From positions 629 through 64,628 of the forward strand of contig JBFXDK010000005.1 of NCBI GenBank assembly GCA_050181195.1: a DNA stretch of 64,000 bases, read 5' to 3'. Each line of letters begins with the position of its first letter. Within the stretch, counting starts at the first letter, position 1. This DNA is from Acetobacteraceae bacterium. GTDB taxonomy: Bacteria > Pseudomonadota > Alphaproteobacteria > Acetobacterales > Acetobacteraceae. Below are positions 48,831-58,421 of this stretch, in pieces. Position numbers and translations under genes: made by a program. The notes under the pieces were generated by a model, which saw nothing but the letters and a program-made list of their open reading frames with translations, did not search any database and was not told where the DNA came from.

Positions 48831-50351
48831 ATGCCGGTGTCCGATCTCAAGGTCCTGTTCGTTACCAGCGAAATGGCTGGCGTGATGAAGGCGGGCGGGC
48901 TGGGAGACGTCTCCGCCGGCCTTCCGCTCGCCCTTCGCCAGATTGGCCTCGACGTCCGGGTGCTGATCCCGGCCTATGGCGACGTTCTCGCCCGGTTCGA
49001 GGAAATCAACTGGACCGGCCGCCTGCCGGGCCGTGCCTCGATGCCCGGGTGCCGCCTGGGCGAGGCGGTCCTGCCGGGTGGACTTCCGGTCATCTTCGTT
49101 GCAAGCGCTTCGTTGTTTGACCGAAGGGGTACGCCGTACTGCACCCCCGAAGGCGGCGACTGGGGCGACAATCATCTGCGTTTCGCCCGCCTTTCGCTCG
49201 CTGCCGCCGAAATCGCTCGTGGGCGCGGCGGGCTGAAATGGACGCCGGACATCGTCCATGTGAACGACTGGCCCGGCGGACTGACGCCGGCCTACATGGC
49301 CTGGGACGGCACCGCCGTGCCGACCGTCCAGACCATCCACAACATCGCCTACCAGGGCAACTTCGACCCCACTCTCCGTGCCGCGCTCGGCATTCCGGAC
49401 TTTGCCTTCTGCCTGCATGGCGTGGAATTCCACGGCCGAATCTCTTTCCTCAAGGCCGGCGCGTACTATGCCTCGCATGTCACGACCGTCAGCCCGACCT
49501 ATGCCAAGGAGATTCTGACCGAATCCCTCGGCGCCGGCCTGCACGGGCTGATGCGCGCGCGTGAGGAGAGGGGACAGCTGTCGGGCATCGTCAACGGGCT
49601 GGACGGAAGCTGGGATCCGGCGGCCGACCCGCACCTGCCCTATCATTTCGGCCCGGACGAATTGGACGGCAAGCACGCCAATGCCGAGGTGGTGCGGTCG
49701 GGCCTGTGTCTGCGTCCGTCCGACGGACCACTGTTCGGCATCGTCTCCCGCCTGGTGCACCAGAAAGGTCTGGATCTGGTGGCCGACGCGGCGAATGCGA
49801 TCGTCGATCAGGGCGGGCAGATCGCCATTCTGGGGCTCGGAGATCCCGAGGTCGAGCAGATGCTGTGCCGAACGGCCCGCCGCCATCGCGACGATATCGG
49901 CGTACTGATCGGCTTCAACGAACAGATGGCGCGCCGCATCGTGGCGGGCAGCGACTTCACCTTGATGCCGTCCCGGTTCGAGCCGTGCGGGCTGACGCAG
50001 ATGCAGGCGCAGCGCTACGGCACGCTGCCGGTCGCGCACGCCACGGGCGGGCTGGCCGATACGATCGACGACGGGGAGACGGGCTTCCTGTTCCCGCGCC
50101 TGACCTCCGACAGCCTGATGGGGGCATGTCATCGCGCGTTCGACGCCTTTGGAGACGACGACCGCTTGGAGGAAATGCGCCGCTCCGCCATGGCGCGTTG
50201 TTTCGGCTGGCAGCGGGCCGCGCTGGAGTATGAGGCGCTGTATCGCCGCCTTCTGGGCCGGAACGCGCCGCCCACGCGCCGGCGGGACACGGTGGAGGCG
50301 CGCGCCGCCCTCGCCGCCGGCGTAAACGGAATCCTGGGCGTCGCGGCCTGA
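48831..50351 (+). CDS. glgA: Glycogen synthase (GT5)
   Basis: VLFVTSE..MKAGGLGDV, HVNDW, TIHNIAYQG, SRLVHQKG and MPSRFEPCGLTQM motifs. ATG 48831 follows GGGAG. Confidence 0.95.
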   Translation: MPVSDLKVLFVTSEMAGVMKAGGLGDVSAGLPLALRQIGLDVRVLIPAYGDVLARFEEINWTGRLPGRASMPGCRLGEAVLPGGLPVIFVASASLFDRRGTPYCTPEGGDWGDNHLRFARLSLAAAEIARGRGGLKWTPDIVHVNDWPGGLTPAYMAWDGTAVPTVQTIHNIAYQGNFDPTLRAALGIPDFAFCLHGVEFHGRISFLKAGAYYASHVTTVSPTYAKEILTESLGAGLHGLMRAREERGQLSGIVNGLDGSWDPAADPHLPYHFGPDELDGKHANAEVVRSGLCLRPSDGPLFGIVSRLVHQKGLDLVADAANAIVDQGGQIAILGLGDPEVEQMLCRTARRHRDDIGVLIGFNEQMARRIVAGSDFTLMPSRFEPCGLTQMQAQRYGTLPVAHATGGLADTIDDGETGFLFPRLTSDSLMGACHRAFDAFGDDDRLEEMRRSAMARCFGWQRAALEYEALYRRLLGRNAPPTRRRDTVEARAALAAGVNGILGVAA

Positions 50352-50530
50352 GGCGGCGGGCTTTCCGCGCCGCCCGATCGGGTGCCGCCGGTGTGTGGCC
50401 TGACCGGATGAGGGCGGGGCCAGCTGGCGCCGCTGTCTGCTTCATGGACACGGGCAGGGGCGGTTGCTAGAAGGCGTGGGCTTCCGGCGCGATCCACCGG
50501 TTGCATGATCCGAAGAAGCGGCCCCGTGGA

Positions 50531-51463
50531 ATGAAGATCGTCGCCTGCAACAGCAACCGTCCCCTCGCCGAGGCGATGGCCGCCAGACTGGGTATCCCGC
50601 TTACCAGGGCCTCGATCCGCCGCTTCGCGGACATGGAGGTCTTCGTGGAGATCCTGGAGAACGTGCGCGGTGAGGACGTGTTCGTCATCCAGTCCACCTC
50701 CTTCCCAGCGAACGACAACCTGATGGAGCTGCTGATCACGCTGGATGCGCTGCGACGGTCATCGGCGCGGCGCATCACGGCGGTGGTCCCGTATTTCGGC
50801 TATGCGCGCCAGGACCGGAAATCGGCGCCGCGCACGCCGATCAGCGCCAAGCTGGTGGCGAACCTGATCACCGAGGCCGGCGCGCATCGCGTGCTGACGA
50901 TGGACCTGCATGCCGGCCAGATCCAGGGCTTCTTCGACATTCCCGTCGATAACCTCTACGCCGCGCCGCTGTTCAGCCGCGACATCCAGGAACGCTATGC
51001 CGGCCGCGACCTGATGATCGTCTCCCCCGACGTGGGCGGCGTGGTGCGCGCCCGCCAGATCGCCACGCGGTTGAACTGCGACCTGGCGATCATCGACAAG
51101 CGGCGCCAGCGCGCCGGCCATTCCGAGGTGATGAATGTCATCGGCGACGTGGAGGGGCGCGACTGCATCCTGATCGACGACCTTGTCGATTCCGGCGGCA
51201 CGCATTGCAACGCGGCCGAGGCGTTGATCAAGCACGGGGCGCGGTCCGCCAGCGCCTATGTCACGCACGGGGTGCTGTCGGGCGCGGCAGTGGCACGGAT
51301 TGCCGCCTCGCCGATCGAGACGATGACCATCACCGATTCGATCATGGCGACCGAGGAGGTGAAGCGCGCGCCGAACATCAGGCAGCTGGCCATCGCGCCG
51401 CTGATGGCCGAGGCGATGCAGCGGATTTCCGACGAGAGCTCGGTCAGCTCGCTGTTCGACTGA
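50531..51463 (+). CDS. prs: Ribose-phosphate pyrophosphokinase
   Basis: [29 protein letters not shown] and [10 protein letters not shown] motifs. Confidence 0.97.
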   Translation: MKIVACNSNRPLAEAMAARLGIPLTRASIRRFADMEVFVEILENVRGEDVFVIQSTSFPANDNLMELLITLDALRRSSARRITAVVPYFGYARQDRKSAPRTPISAKLVANLITEAGAHRVLTMDLHAGQIQGFFDIPVDNLYAAPLFSRDIQERYAGRDLMIVSPDVGGVVRARQIATRLNCDLAIIDKRRQRAGHSEVMNVIGDVEGRDCILIDDLVDSGGTHCNAAEALIKHGARSASAYVTHGVLSGAAVARIAASPIETMTITDSIMATEEVKRAPNIRQLAIAPLMAEAMQRISDESSVSSLFD

Positions 51464-51683
51464 CCGCCGCGGCGGCCAGGCGCTGGCGGCCCTTGTCCGT
51501 CAGGACCACATGGCGGGCGCGCGTGCCGTCGAAGGCCACCAGCCCGTCGATCAGCGAATCCTCCCAGACGGACAGCCGTGGGCAGGAGCTCTGCCAGGCA
51601 TCAAGCACTTCGGCCTGGGTCGGGGTTTGGCTGTCGACCCAGTGCAGGAACTGCAGGATCAGGGCGTCGATCGGGGCTGGCAT
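51444..51683 (-). CDS. Small hypothetical protein ([11 protein letters not shown] motif, winged-helix-like end)
   Basis: [16 protein letters not shown]...[20 protein letters not shown]...[11 protein letters not shown]. Overlaps the prs 3' end convergently by 20 nt. Confidence 0.68.
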   Translation of the reverse strand: MPAPIDALILQFLHWVDSQTPTQAEVLDAWQSSCPRLSVWEDSLIDGLVAFDGTRARHVVLTDKGRQRLAAAAVSRTAS

Positions 51684-51784
51684 GGCACGACGGACCTTTG
51701 CTGACGCTTCCCAGTGTAGCGCCGCCGGATGCGGCGGCAATGCACGAGATTGAATGGCCGCCGGCGGTGACCTAACCTGCCGTC

Positions 51785-52408
51785 ATGTCGTTGCGTTTGT
51801 CCCGCCAGGAATTCCGTGCGTGGTCGGCCGCGCAGCCGAATGGCCGCTTTGAACGGTCCGGCGGCGAAGTCGTCGCGATGGCGCCGGAGCGTTGGGCGCA
51901 CGCTCGACTGAAGGCGCGGATCTGGCGTGCGCTGGATCGGGAGATCACGTCCCGCGCCCTGCCGTGCCAAGCCGCCCCGGACGGGCTGACGGTGGAGATC
52001 AATGACGATACAGATCATGAGCCTGATGCCCTGGTCAATTGCGGTCCCGCGCTGGCCGATGACTCCATGGTGGCGCCCAACCCGGTGGTGATCGTGGAGG
52101 TTCCTTCACCGGGCACGGCCGGTGTTGATACGGGGGAGAAACTGGCGGATTACTTTCGTGTATCATCGGTCCGCCACTATCTGATTGTCCGACTGACACG
52201 GCGGGAAATCATTCACCACGCCCGTATGGACGACCGCATCGATACCCGTATCGTGCGCGACGGAGCGATCCGGCTCGACCCGCCCGGGATCAGCCTGGCC
52301 GTTGATGAGGTGTACGGCGCCCGACCGCCGTGGCCCTTCCCGCCCTTCGGTACCGGGGCTAATCTCCGCCCGACCGGACGAAGAGGAAACGAAGCATGCG
52401 CCAGATGA
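51785..52408 (+). CDS. Uma2 family (DUF820) PD-(D/E)xK-fold putative endonuclease
   Basis: GRFERSGGEVVAMAPE..H, EPDALV, PVVIVEVPSPGT..D.GEK..Y and SVRHYLIV motifs. Confidence 0.88.
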   Translation: MSLRLSRQEFRAWSAAQPNGRFERSGGEVVAMAPERWAHARLKARIWRALDREITSRALPCQAAPDGLTVEINDDTDHEPDALVNCGPALADDSMVAPNPVVIVEVPSPGTAGVDTGEKLADYFRVSSVRHYLIVRLTRREIIHHARMDDRIDTRIVRDGAIRLDPPGISLAVDEVYGARPPWPFPPFGTGANLRPTGRRGNEACAR

Positions 52409-53757
52409 CGCTCGTGGGCTTCCTGCAAGCCCAGAACTGCACCAATTTCGTCGGATCCTGGCGCCACAGGCTGGCCGCGCAGGATTTCACCAGCGCGGAA
52501 TATTATCGTCGCATCGGCCGAGCGCTGGAGGCGGGCAAATTCCATCTGGGGTTCTTTGATGACCGGCTGGCGATGCCCGATCTGTACAATGGTGATCACG
52601 GCCCGACCGTCGCGAACGGCATCCGCTGCGTGAAGATGGAGCCGCTGACGATCCTGACCGTGATGGGCATGGCAACCGAGCGCCTCGGCCTTGGATCGAC
52701 CATGTCGACGACGTATTTCGAGCCGTTCGATATCGCGCGGACCTTCGCCACGCTCGACCTGATGACCGACGGCCGCGCGGCGTGGAACGTCGTGACCTCG
52801 ATGAACGACGGCGAGGCCCGCAACATGGGCCACGAGAAGCACCGCGACCACGACCGCCGCTATGACCGTGCGGACGAGATGATGGAAGTGGTCATGGGCC
52901 ACTGGGGGTCATGGGAAGACGGCGCAATGGTCGCCGACAAGGAAACCGGCCTGTTCGCCCATCCCGAGAAGGTGCACCGCCTGGACCATCGCGGCGAGTT
53001 CTTCTATTCGCGCGGTCCGTTCACCGTTCCGCGCTCGCCGCAGGGGCATCCGGTGATCATCCAGGCCGGCCAGAGCGGACGCGGCAAGCGCTTCGCCGCC
53101 CGCTGGTCGGAATGCGTGTTCGTCAACTACCACAGCATCCAGCAAGGCCGGGCGGATTATGCCGAGTTCAAGGGGATGGTGGCGACGGCCGGACGTGATC
53201 CGGAAAAGGTTTTCGTCTGCGCCGGCGTGTATCCGATCGTCGCCGAGACGCGGGCGGAAGCCGAGGACAAGGTCGCCGAGATCGACAAGCTGCCGAAGGA
53301 GATCGACAGCCTGTGCCTGCTGTCGGAAGTGCTGAACTTCGATTTCGCGAGGCAGCCGATCGACGAGCCGTTCACGCAGGAGGAGATGGACAGCTGGACC
53401 GGTGTGCAGGGCATGCGCGACCGGATCAAGCGCGAACTCGGCAACCGGCTGCCGACGCCGCGGGACTTCATCAACATCACGCGGCGGGGCACCTTCCATG
53501 ACCATCCGCGCTTCGTCGGCAGCCCCAAGGACGTGGCGGACGGGATGGAGGAATGGTTCTCGACCCGCGCCTGCGACGGGTTCGTGGTCGCCGCCGGCTA
53601 TGTCCCTGGCGGGTATGAGGAGTTCAGCACGCTGGTGGTGCCGGAACTGCAGCGCCGCGGCCTCGTGCACAAGGACTACAAGGGAAAGACGCTGCGCGAG
53701 AATCTGGGCCTGGAGCGCCCCTCGGCCGATTCCTGGAAGAAGTGGCATCACGGGTAA
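52396..53757 (+). CDS. LLM-class FMNH2-dependent monooxygenase (NtaA/SnaA/DszA family)
   Basis: ARTFATLD, GRAAWNVVTS, RYDRADE, PRSPQGHPVIIQAGQS and VVPELQRRG..Y.GKTLRENLGL motifs. Confidence 0.92.
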   Translation: MRQMTLVGFLQAQNCTNFVGSWRHRLAAQDFTSAEYYRRIGRALEAGKFHLGFFDDRLAMPDLYNGDHGPTVANGIRCVKMEPLTILTVMGMATERLGLGSTMSTTYFEPFDIARTFATLDLMTDGRAAWNVVTSMNDGEARNMGHEKHRDHDRRYDRADEMMEVVMGHWGSWEDGAMVADKETGLFAHPEKVHRLDHRGEFFYSRGPFTVPRSPQGHPVIIQAGQSGRGKRFAARWSECVFVNYHSIQQGRADYAEFKGMVATAGRDPEKVFVCAGVYPIVAETRAEAEDKVAEIDKLPKEIDSLCLLSEVLNFDFARQPIDEPFTQEEMDSWTGVQGMRDRIKRELGNRLPTPRDFINITRRGTFHDHPRFVGSPKDVADGMEEWFSTRACDGFVVAAGYVPGGYEEFSTLVVPELQRRGLVHKDYKGKTLRENLGLERPSADSWKKWHHG

Positions 53758-53962
53758 GCCGATCGCGTCCGATTTGCCGATGGCGCTCCGGACGCGCCGG
53801 CTTCCGCCGGGGCGGCAGCGGCAGCGCCGTGGCACGGTCCCGCGGCAGGCAGCCGGGACCGGGTGATGTCCGGGTCGTTTTCCCGCGCCGCGGCACAAGT
53901 TCCTGCGTCGCTGATACGCGAACCCCTGGCCACCGCTTGGCGTCCGCGTTACATCGCTGGCC

Positions 53963-54622
53963 ATGATCACACGCTTTCGCCCTCGCACGATGGCCGCAGC
54001 CTTTTCGGCGGGCCTTGCCCTGGCTGGCCTCGCCGTGTCCTCGGTTCCCGCCTTTGCCCAGATGGGCGGGGCTGGCGCCATGGGGGGCGTCGGACGGTCC
54101 AGGGGCGGCGGTGCCATTGGCGGGGGTGGCGGCGATGCCGGACCGGGCGTGCCACCGCCGCCGCCGGCGCTGCCGGGTGCGCAACCTGGCCAGGGAGCGG
54201 CGCCGTCCCAGGTTCCGCTGTCCGACCTGCCGCCGAACGAGGCGCTGTTCGACGGCGTCAACCGTGGCGACATCGCCGCGGTACGTGACGCGCTCAGTCG
54301 TGGCGCCGACCTGAACGCGGTGAACGTCCTGGGGATCACCGCGACCGATCTCGCGGTGGATCTTGGCCGCAACGACATCTCGTTCCTGCTGCTTTCGATG
54401 CGCGGTGCGAGCGCCGCATCGAGCAGGCCGAAGCCCGAGGCTTTGCCGCCCGACCTGCTCGTGACCGCGCGTCCCTCTCCGCGGCAGCGCCAGGCTCCCA
54501 CGCGTCCGGCGGCGGCGGCGACCGACGCGGGCACCCGCGCCGTGCCCAAGCTGTTCGCCAATGACGGCGGCACGCCGGTTCCCTCGGCCGGCTTCCTGGG
54601 TTTTGACGTCGGCGGGCGTTGA
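53963..54622 (+). CDS. Exported ankyrin-repeat protein with Gly/Pro-rich flanks
   Basis: Signal peptide ending VPAFA-Q, then ALFDGVNRGDIAAVRDALSRGADLNAVNVLGITATDLAVDLGRNDISFLLL. Confidence 0.8.
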   Translation: MITRFRPRTMAAAFSAGLALAGLAVSSVPAFAQMGGAGAMGGVGRSRGGGAIGGGGGDAGPGVPPPPPALPGAQPGQGAAPSQVPLSDLPPNEALFDGVNRGDIAAVRDALSRGADLNAVNVLGITATDLAVDLGRNDISFLLLSMRGASAASSRPKPEALPPDLLVTARPSPRQRQAPTRPAAAATDAGTRAVPKLFANDGGTPVPSAGFLGFDVGGR

Positions 54623-54754
54623 CCTGTCTGGGGCTGGGAGGCCTCCCACGCGCGTGCGCCGGCTTCGCGCGGGTATCGCCGCCTGATATATCGGTCCCGG
54701 CCGCGGCGCCCCGCACCTGCCGGCCGTCCGGCGGCCCACGAACGGAGAGGACCG

Positions 54755-55369
54755 ATGAAGTTCTACTATGCGCCCGGCGCGTGCTCGATCGGCATCCATG
54801 TGCTGCTGGAGGAGATCGGCAAGCCCTATGAAGCCATTGCCGTGAACCTGCGGGAAGGCGCGCAGTTCAAGCCCGACTTCACGGCGGTGAACCCGAAATC
54901 CAAGGTGCCGACGCTGGTGCGGGATGACGGCGCGGTGCAGACGGAATACCCGGCGATCGCCTATTGGCTCGCCCGCACCAATCCTTATTCGAACCTGCTG
55001 CCGGACAATGTCGAGCTGCAGGCGCGGGTGCTGGAAATCACCGACTACTGCGTCGCGACGGTCCACATGCAGGGTTTCTCGCGGATGTTTCGCGCGTCCA
55101 ACTACACGCCGAACGCGGCGGATGAGGACGCGGTGAAGGCGCGCGGCAAGGAAATCGTGGAGAAGGGCTTCGCTACCCTGAGCAAGGCACTGGAAGGCAA
55201 GGACTACGCTGTCGGCCCCTATTCGTTTGCCGATTCCGCGCTGTTCTACGTCGAATTCTGGTCCGGTCGCGTCGGCCTGACCTTGCCGCAGAACTGCTCG
55301 GCGCATCTCGAGCGCATGATGGCCCGTCCGGCGGTGCAGCGCGTGCTGCAACAGGAAGGCCTGGCCTGA
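54755..55369 (+). CDS. Glutathione S-transferase (beta-class-like)
   Basis: YYAPGACSIG (Cys10), VNPKSKVPTL, TEYPAI and FADSALFYV motifs. Confidence 0.92.
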   Translation: MKFYYAPGACSIGIHVLLEEIGKPYEAIAVNLREGAQFKPDFTAVNPKSKVPTLVRDDGAVQTEYPAIAYWLARTNPYSNLLPDNVELQARVLEITDYCVATVHMQGFSRMFRASNYTPNAADEDAVKARGKEIVEKGFATLSKALEGKDYAVGPYSFADSALFYVEFWSGRVGLTLPQNCSAHLERMMARPAVQRVLQQEGLA

Positions 55370-55372
55370 TCG

Positions 55373-55975
55373 ATGCCAAGCCCGCAAGAGGCGCTCGCGC
55401 CCGTTTCATTCTGGTACCTGCGCCACGGTGAGACCGACTGGAACGCGCGGGGCGTCTCGCAGGGGAACGTCGACATTCCCCTGAACCCGACCGGGCTGGC
55501 ACAGGCCAAGACCGCGGGGCAGATGCTGCGCAATCGCGGCATCACGACCATCCATGCCTCGCCCCTGTCGCGCGCCCGGGTTACGGCCGAGATCGTGGCC
55601 GAGGCGCTGGACCTGCCGGTGATCATCGACGAGGGGCTCCGAGAGGTCGCGTTCGGCGTGCAGGAAGGCCAGCCGATGTCGGAGTGGTTCGCCAACTGGG
55701 TGGCCGGCACCGTTACGCCCGAGGGCGCCGAGGCATTCCCCGCGCTGCGCCTACGTGCCGTCGCGGCGGTAAACCGCGCCACGGCGCAGCCGCCCGCGGT
55801 GCTGGTCGTGGCGCATGGCGCGCTGTTCCGTGCCCTGCGCGCGGCCATGGGGATCGAGCCGAACATGCGCACCCGCAACGCCGTGCCGATCTGGTGTTCT
55901 GCCCCGCCGGCGCCGGGAAAGGCGTGGTCCCTGGAATATCTGGATCAGGTCCGCAGCGGAGCGGCGGGCGCGTGA
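55373..55975 (+). CDS. Histidine phosphatase (phosphoglycerate mutase-like) family protein
   Basis: LRHGETDWN, SPLSRA, LREVAFG and VVAHG motifs. Confidence 0.92.
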   Translation: MPSPQEALAPVSFWYLRHGETDWNARGVSQGNVDIPLNPTGLAQAKTAGQMLRNRGITTIHASPLSRARVTAEIVAEALDLPVIIDEGLREVAFGVQEGQPMSEWFANWVAGTVTPEGAEAFPALRLRAVAAVNRATAQPPAVLVVAHGALFRALRAAMGIEPNMRTRNAVPIWCSAPPAPGKAWSLEYLDQVRSGAAGA

Positions 55976-56253
55976 TGACCGAACGCTGATCCGGTCCGGT
56001 TCGATCAAAGCCGGTCGCCACGCATCGCACGGGTCAATGCTTCGGGCGGCTGGCATGACCGACTGACATTTCTCCAACAGGCGTCTGGATTGGCGAACAC
56101 CCGATCCGCATCCGGCCGTATCCGGCCTGACCATGCCGGCCGGACAGGCCATATCCATGTATCAGGGCGCATGATTGACGCCCTGCCGGCGTTCCGCCCG
56201 GGGCGATGATGTTCTAGATTTCGGCGCAACGCTCTTTTGACCCCGAAGGACCC

Positions 56254-57003
56254 ATGGCCGGACATTCGCAATTCAAGAACATCATGCATCGCAAGGGCGC
56301 GCAGGATGCCCGCCGCGCCCGCCAGTTCGCCAAGCTGATCCGGGAAATCACGGTCTCCGCCCGCCAGGGCCTGCCGGACCCGGCGTCCAACCCGCGCCTG
56401 CGCGCCGCGGTCACCGCCGCCCGCCAGGCCAACATGCCGAAGGACACCGTCGACCGCGCCATCAAGAAGGCGACCGGCGCCGGCGGCGGCGACGACTATG
56501 CGGAGGTCCGCTACGAGGGATACGGCCCCGCCGGTGTCGCCGTGATCGTGGAGGCCCTGACCGACAACCGCAACCGCACGGCCTCCGACATCCGTTCGGC
56601 CTTCGCCAAGCACGGCGGGGCACTCGGGGAAACCAATTCGGTCAGCTTCCTGTTCAACCGCATGGGCGTGATCCGCTACCCGGCAGCCGCGGCCAGCGCC
56701 GATGACATGCTGGAAGCCGCGATCGAGGCCGGTGCCGACAACGCCGAGAGCGATGACGAGGGCCACGAGGTCACCTGCGCGGTCGAGGACTTCTTCGCCG
56801 TGCGTGACGCGCTGGAAACCCGCTTCGGCGCGCCGGAGAGCGCGCGGCTGGACTGGCGGCCGACCACCTCGATCTCGGTCGATGAGGAACGGGCGGGAAG
56901 TCTGCTCAAGCTGCTGGACGTACTGGAGGACAATGACGACGTGCAGAATGTCTACGCGAATTTCGAGATCCCGGACGCGGTGATGCAGCGCCTGTCGGCA
57001 TAG
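56254..57003 (+). CDS. yebC: YebC/PmpR family protein
   Basis: [30 protein letters not shown] and DDVQNVYAN motifs. Confidence 0.97.
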   Translation: MAGHSQFKNIMHRKGAQDARRARQFAKLIREITVSARQGLPDPASNPRLRAAVTAARQANMPKDTVDRAIKKATGAGGGDDYAEVRYEGYGPAGVAVIVEALTDNRNRTASDIRSAFAKHGGALGETNSVSFLFNRMGVIRYPAAAASADDMLEAAIEAGADNAESDDEGHEVTCAVEDFFAVRDALETRFGAPESARLDWRPTTSISVDEERAGSLLKLLDVLEDNDDVQNVYANFEIPDAVMQRLSA

Positions 57004-57071
57004 GCGGGCGCCCCCGGCCGGAAGCCGCGGCGGGCGATCTCACCGCACGGGGCTGGCCGAGTGGACGGGCG

Positions 57072-57740
57072 TCAGTGGTAGTTGGCGCCATGCAGATCGC
57101 TGCGGGTGATGGCGTCAGGCGGCGGCATCTCGTTGGCCAGTTCGTAATGCACCCGGTGGCGCGTGCGGTAGGCGATGGAGGCCTGGTTCAGGAACCCCAT
57201 TCGTGCGCCCTGAGCCTTCATGAAGCTCCACAGCCGTTGGTCACCCTGCGCCGCGGCCTCCTGCGACGTCAGCACCCAGCTGATCAGGTTCCGGAACGCG
57301 GGCTTCATGACCAGCAGGCAATTGGTGTCGATGTAGCGGACACCGTCGACATGCGGGCAACGTAGCATCGGCGACCCGTCGAGCCGGTGCAGCATCCGCG
57401 CCGACGAAACGATGTCCAGGCTGTGGGTCTCGGCCATGTTCACCAGGCCCGCCAGATGATCGGGGTGGAACCAATTGTCGCCGTCCAGGAAGGCGATCGC
57501 CTCGGCCTCCTGCATCACGGCCTGGTAGCAGCCGATCAGCCGCGGTGTGTTGCCATAGTCGCCGTAGTTCCGCTCCAGGATGATATGCGTGCCGAAGAAG
57601 TCGGGGATCGGCGCCGGTGGAGAACCGTCGCAGACCAGGATATGGCTCGCCGGAACGGATTGCTCCCGTACGCTGCGATGGGCCTGGATCAGCCAGTCCG
57701 TCGGCGTCCTGAAATACGGTGTGACGACACAGATCTTCAT
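57072..57740 (-). CDS. Glycosyltransferase family 2 (GT-A fold)
   Basis: ICVVTPY, ILVCDG, GNTPR, IAFLDGDNW (DxD) and IDTNC motifs. ATG 57740 follows AAAGG. Confidence 0.85.
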   Translation of the reverse strand: MKICVVTPYFRTPTDWLIQAHRSVREQSVPASHILVCDGSPPAPIPDFFGTHIILERNYGDYGNTPRLIGCYQAVMQEAEAIAFLDGDNWFHPDHLAGLVNMAETHSLDIVSSARMLHRLDGSPMLRCPHVDGVRYIDTNCLLVMKPAFRNLISWVLTSQEAAAQGDQRLWSFMKAQGARMGFLNQASIAYRTRHRVHYELANEMPPPDAITRSDLHGANYH

Positions 57741-57907
57741 CAATTGCCTTTCATCGGTTGTGCCAGGTGTGGCCGGCCGTGACGGGGCTTGTGCCACGCA
57801 ACGCTGACCGTACTCGTCTGTCCCCGGCGATGGTTGCGACATCCGATGGCGCTGGCGGTGGAACCAGGTATAGCCTCGGCCTGGGCAGAGGAAGGTTCGA
57901 TTCGCGG

Positions 57908-58408
57908 ATGGTCAGGCTGCTGGGAATCGATCCGGGGCTGCGTTTTACCGGCTGGGGCGTGATCGAGGTGGATGGCAATCGCCTGCGCCACATCGCCGAC
58001 GGCGTGATCGCGACCGATGCCGCCACGCCGGTGTCCGAGCGCCTGAAGGTGCTGCACGACGCGCTGGTCGCGCTGCTGGAGCAGCATCGCCCATCCGAGG
58101 CCGCGGTCGAGGAAACCTACGTGAACCGCAACGGCGCCGCGACGCTGAAGCTGGGCTATGCCCGCGGCGTGGCGCTGCTGGCGCCGGCGCTGGTCGGCGT
58201 GGCGGTGACGGAATATGCCGCCAAGACCGTGAAGATGGCGGTCGTCGGCACCGGCGGGGCCGAGAAGGAGCAGGTGGAGATGATGGTCCGCCGCCTGCTG
58301 CCCGGCGCCACGATCCGCCGGACGGACGCGGCGGACGCCCTGGCGGTGGCGATCTGCCATGCCCATCACCGTGCCTCGCGCCTGGCCTGGGCCGCGCGCG
58401 GCGCCTGA
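57908..58408 (+). CDS. ruvC: Crossover junction endodeoxyribonuclease RuvC
   Basis: LLGIDPG, AAVEE, LKLGYARG and DAADALAVAICH motifs. Confidence 0.97.
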   Translation: MVRLLGIDPGLRFTGWGVIEVDGNRLRHIADGVIATDAATPVSERLKVLHDALVALLEQHRPSEAAVEETYVNRNGAATLKLGYARGVALLAPALVGVAVTEYAAKTVKMAVVGTGGAEKEQVEMMVRRLLPGATIRRTDAADALAVAICHAHHRASRLAWAARGA

Positions 58409-58421
58409 CGCGGGCGCGTCG

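Noticed and set aside
51785-52408. Uma2 nuclease as an anti-phage or restriction system
   Set aside because: No methylase, ATPase or other defence genes are nearby, and Uma2 genes are commonly scattered as singletons.
57751-57800. Two TGGCACAA (-24-like) boxes upstream of the GT2 gene
   Set aside because: Neither has GC at -12 (GA and GT instead), and one is almost on the start codon. This is too weak to call sigma54 control.
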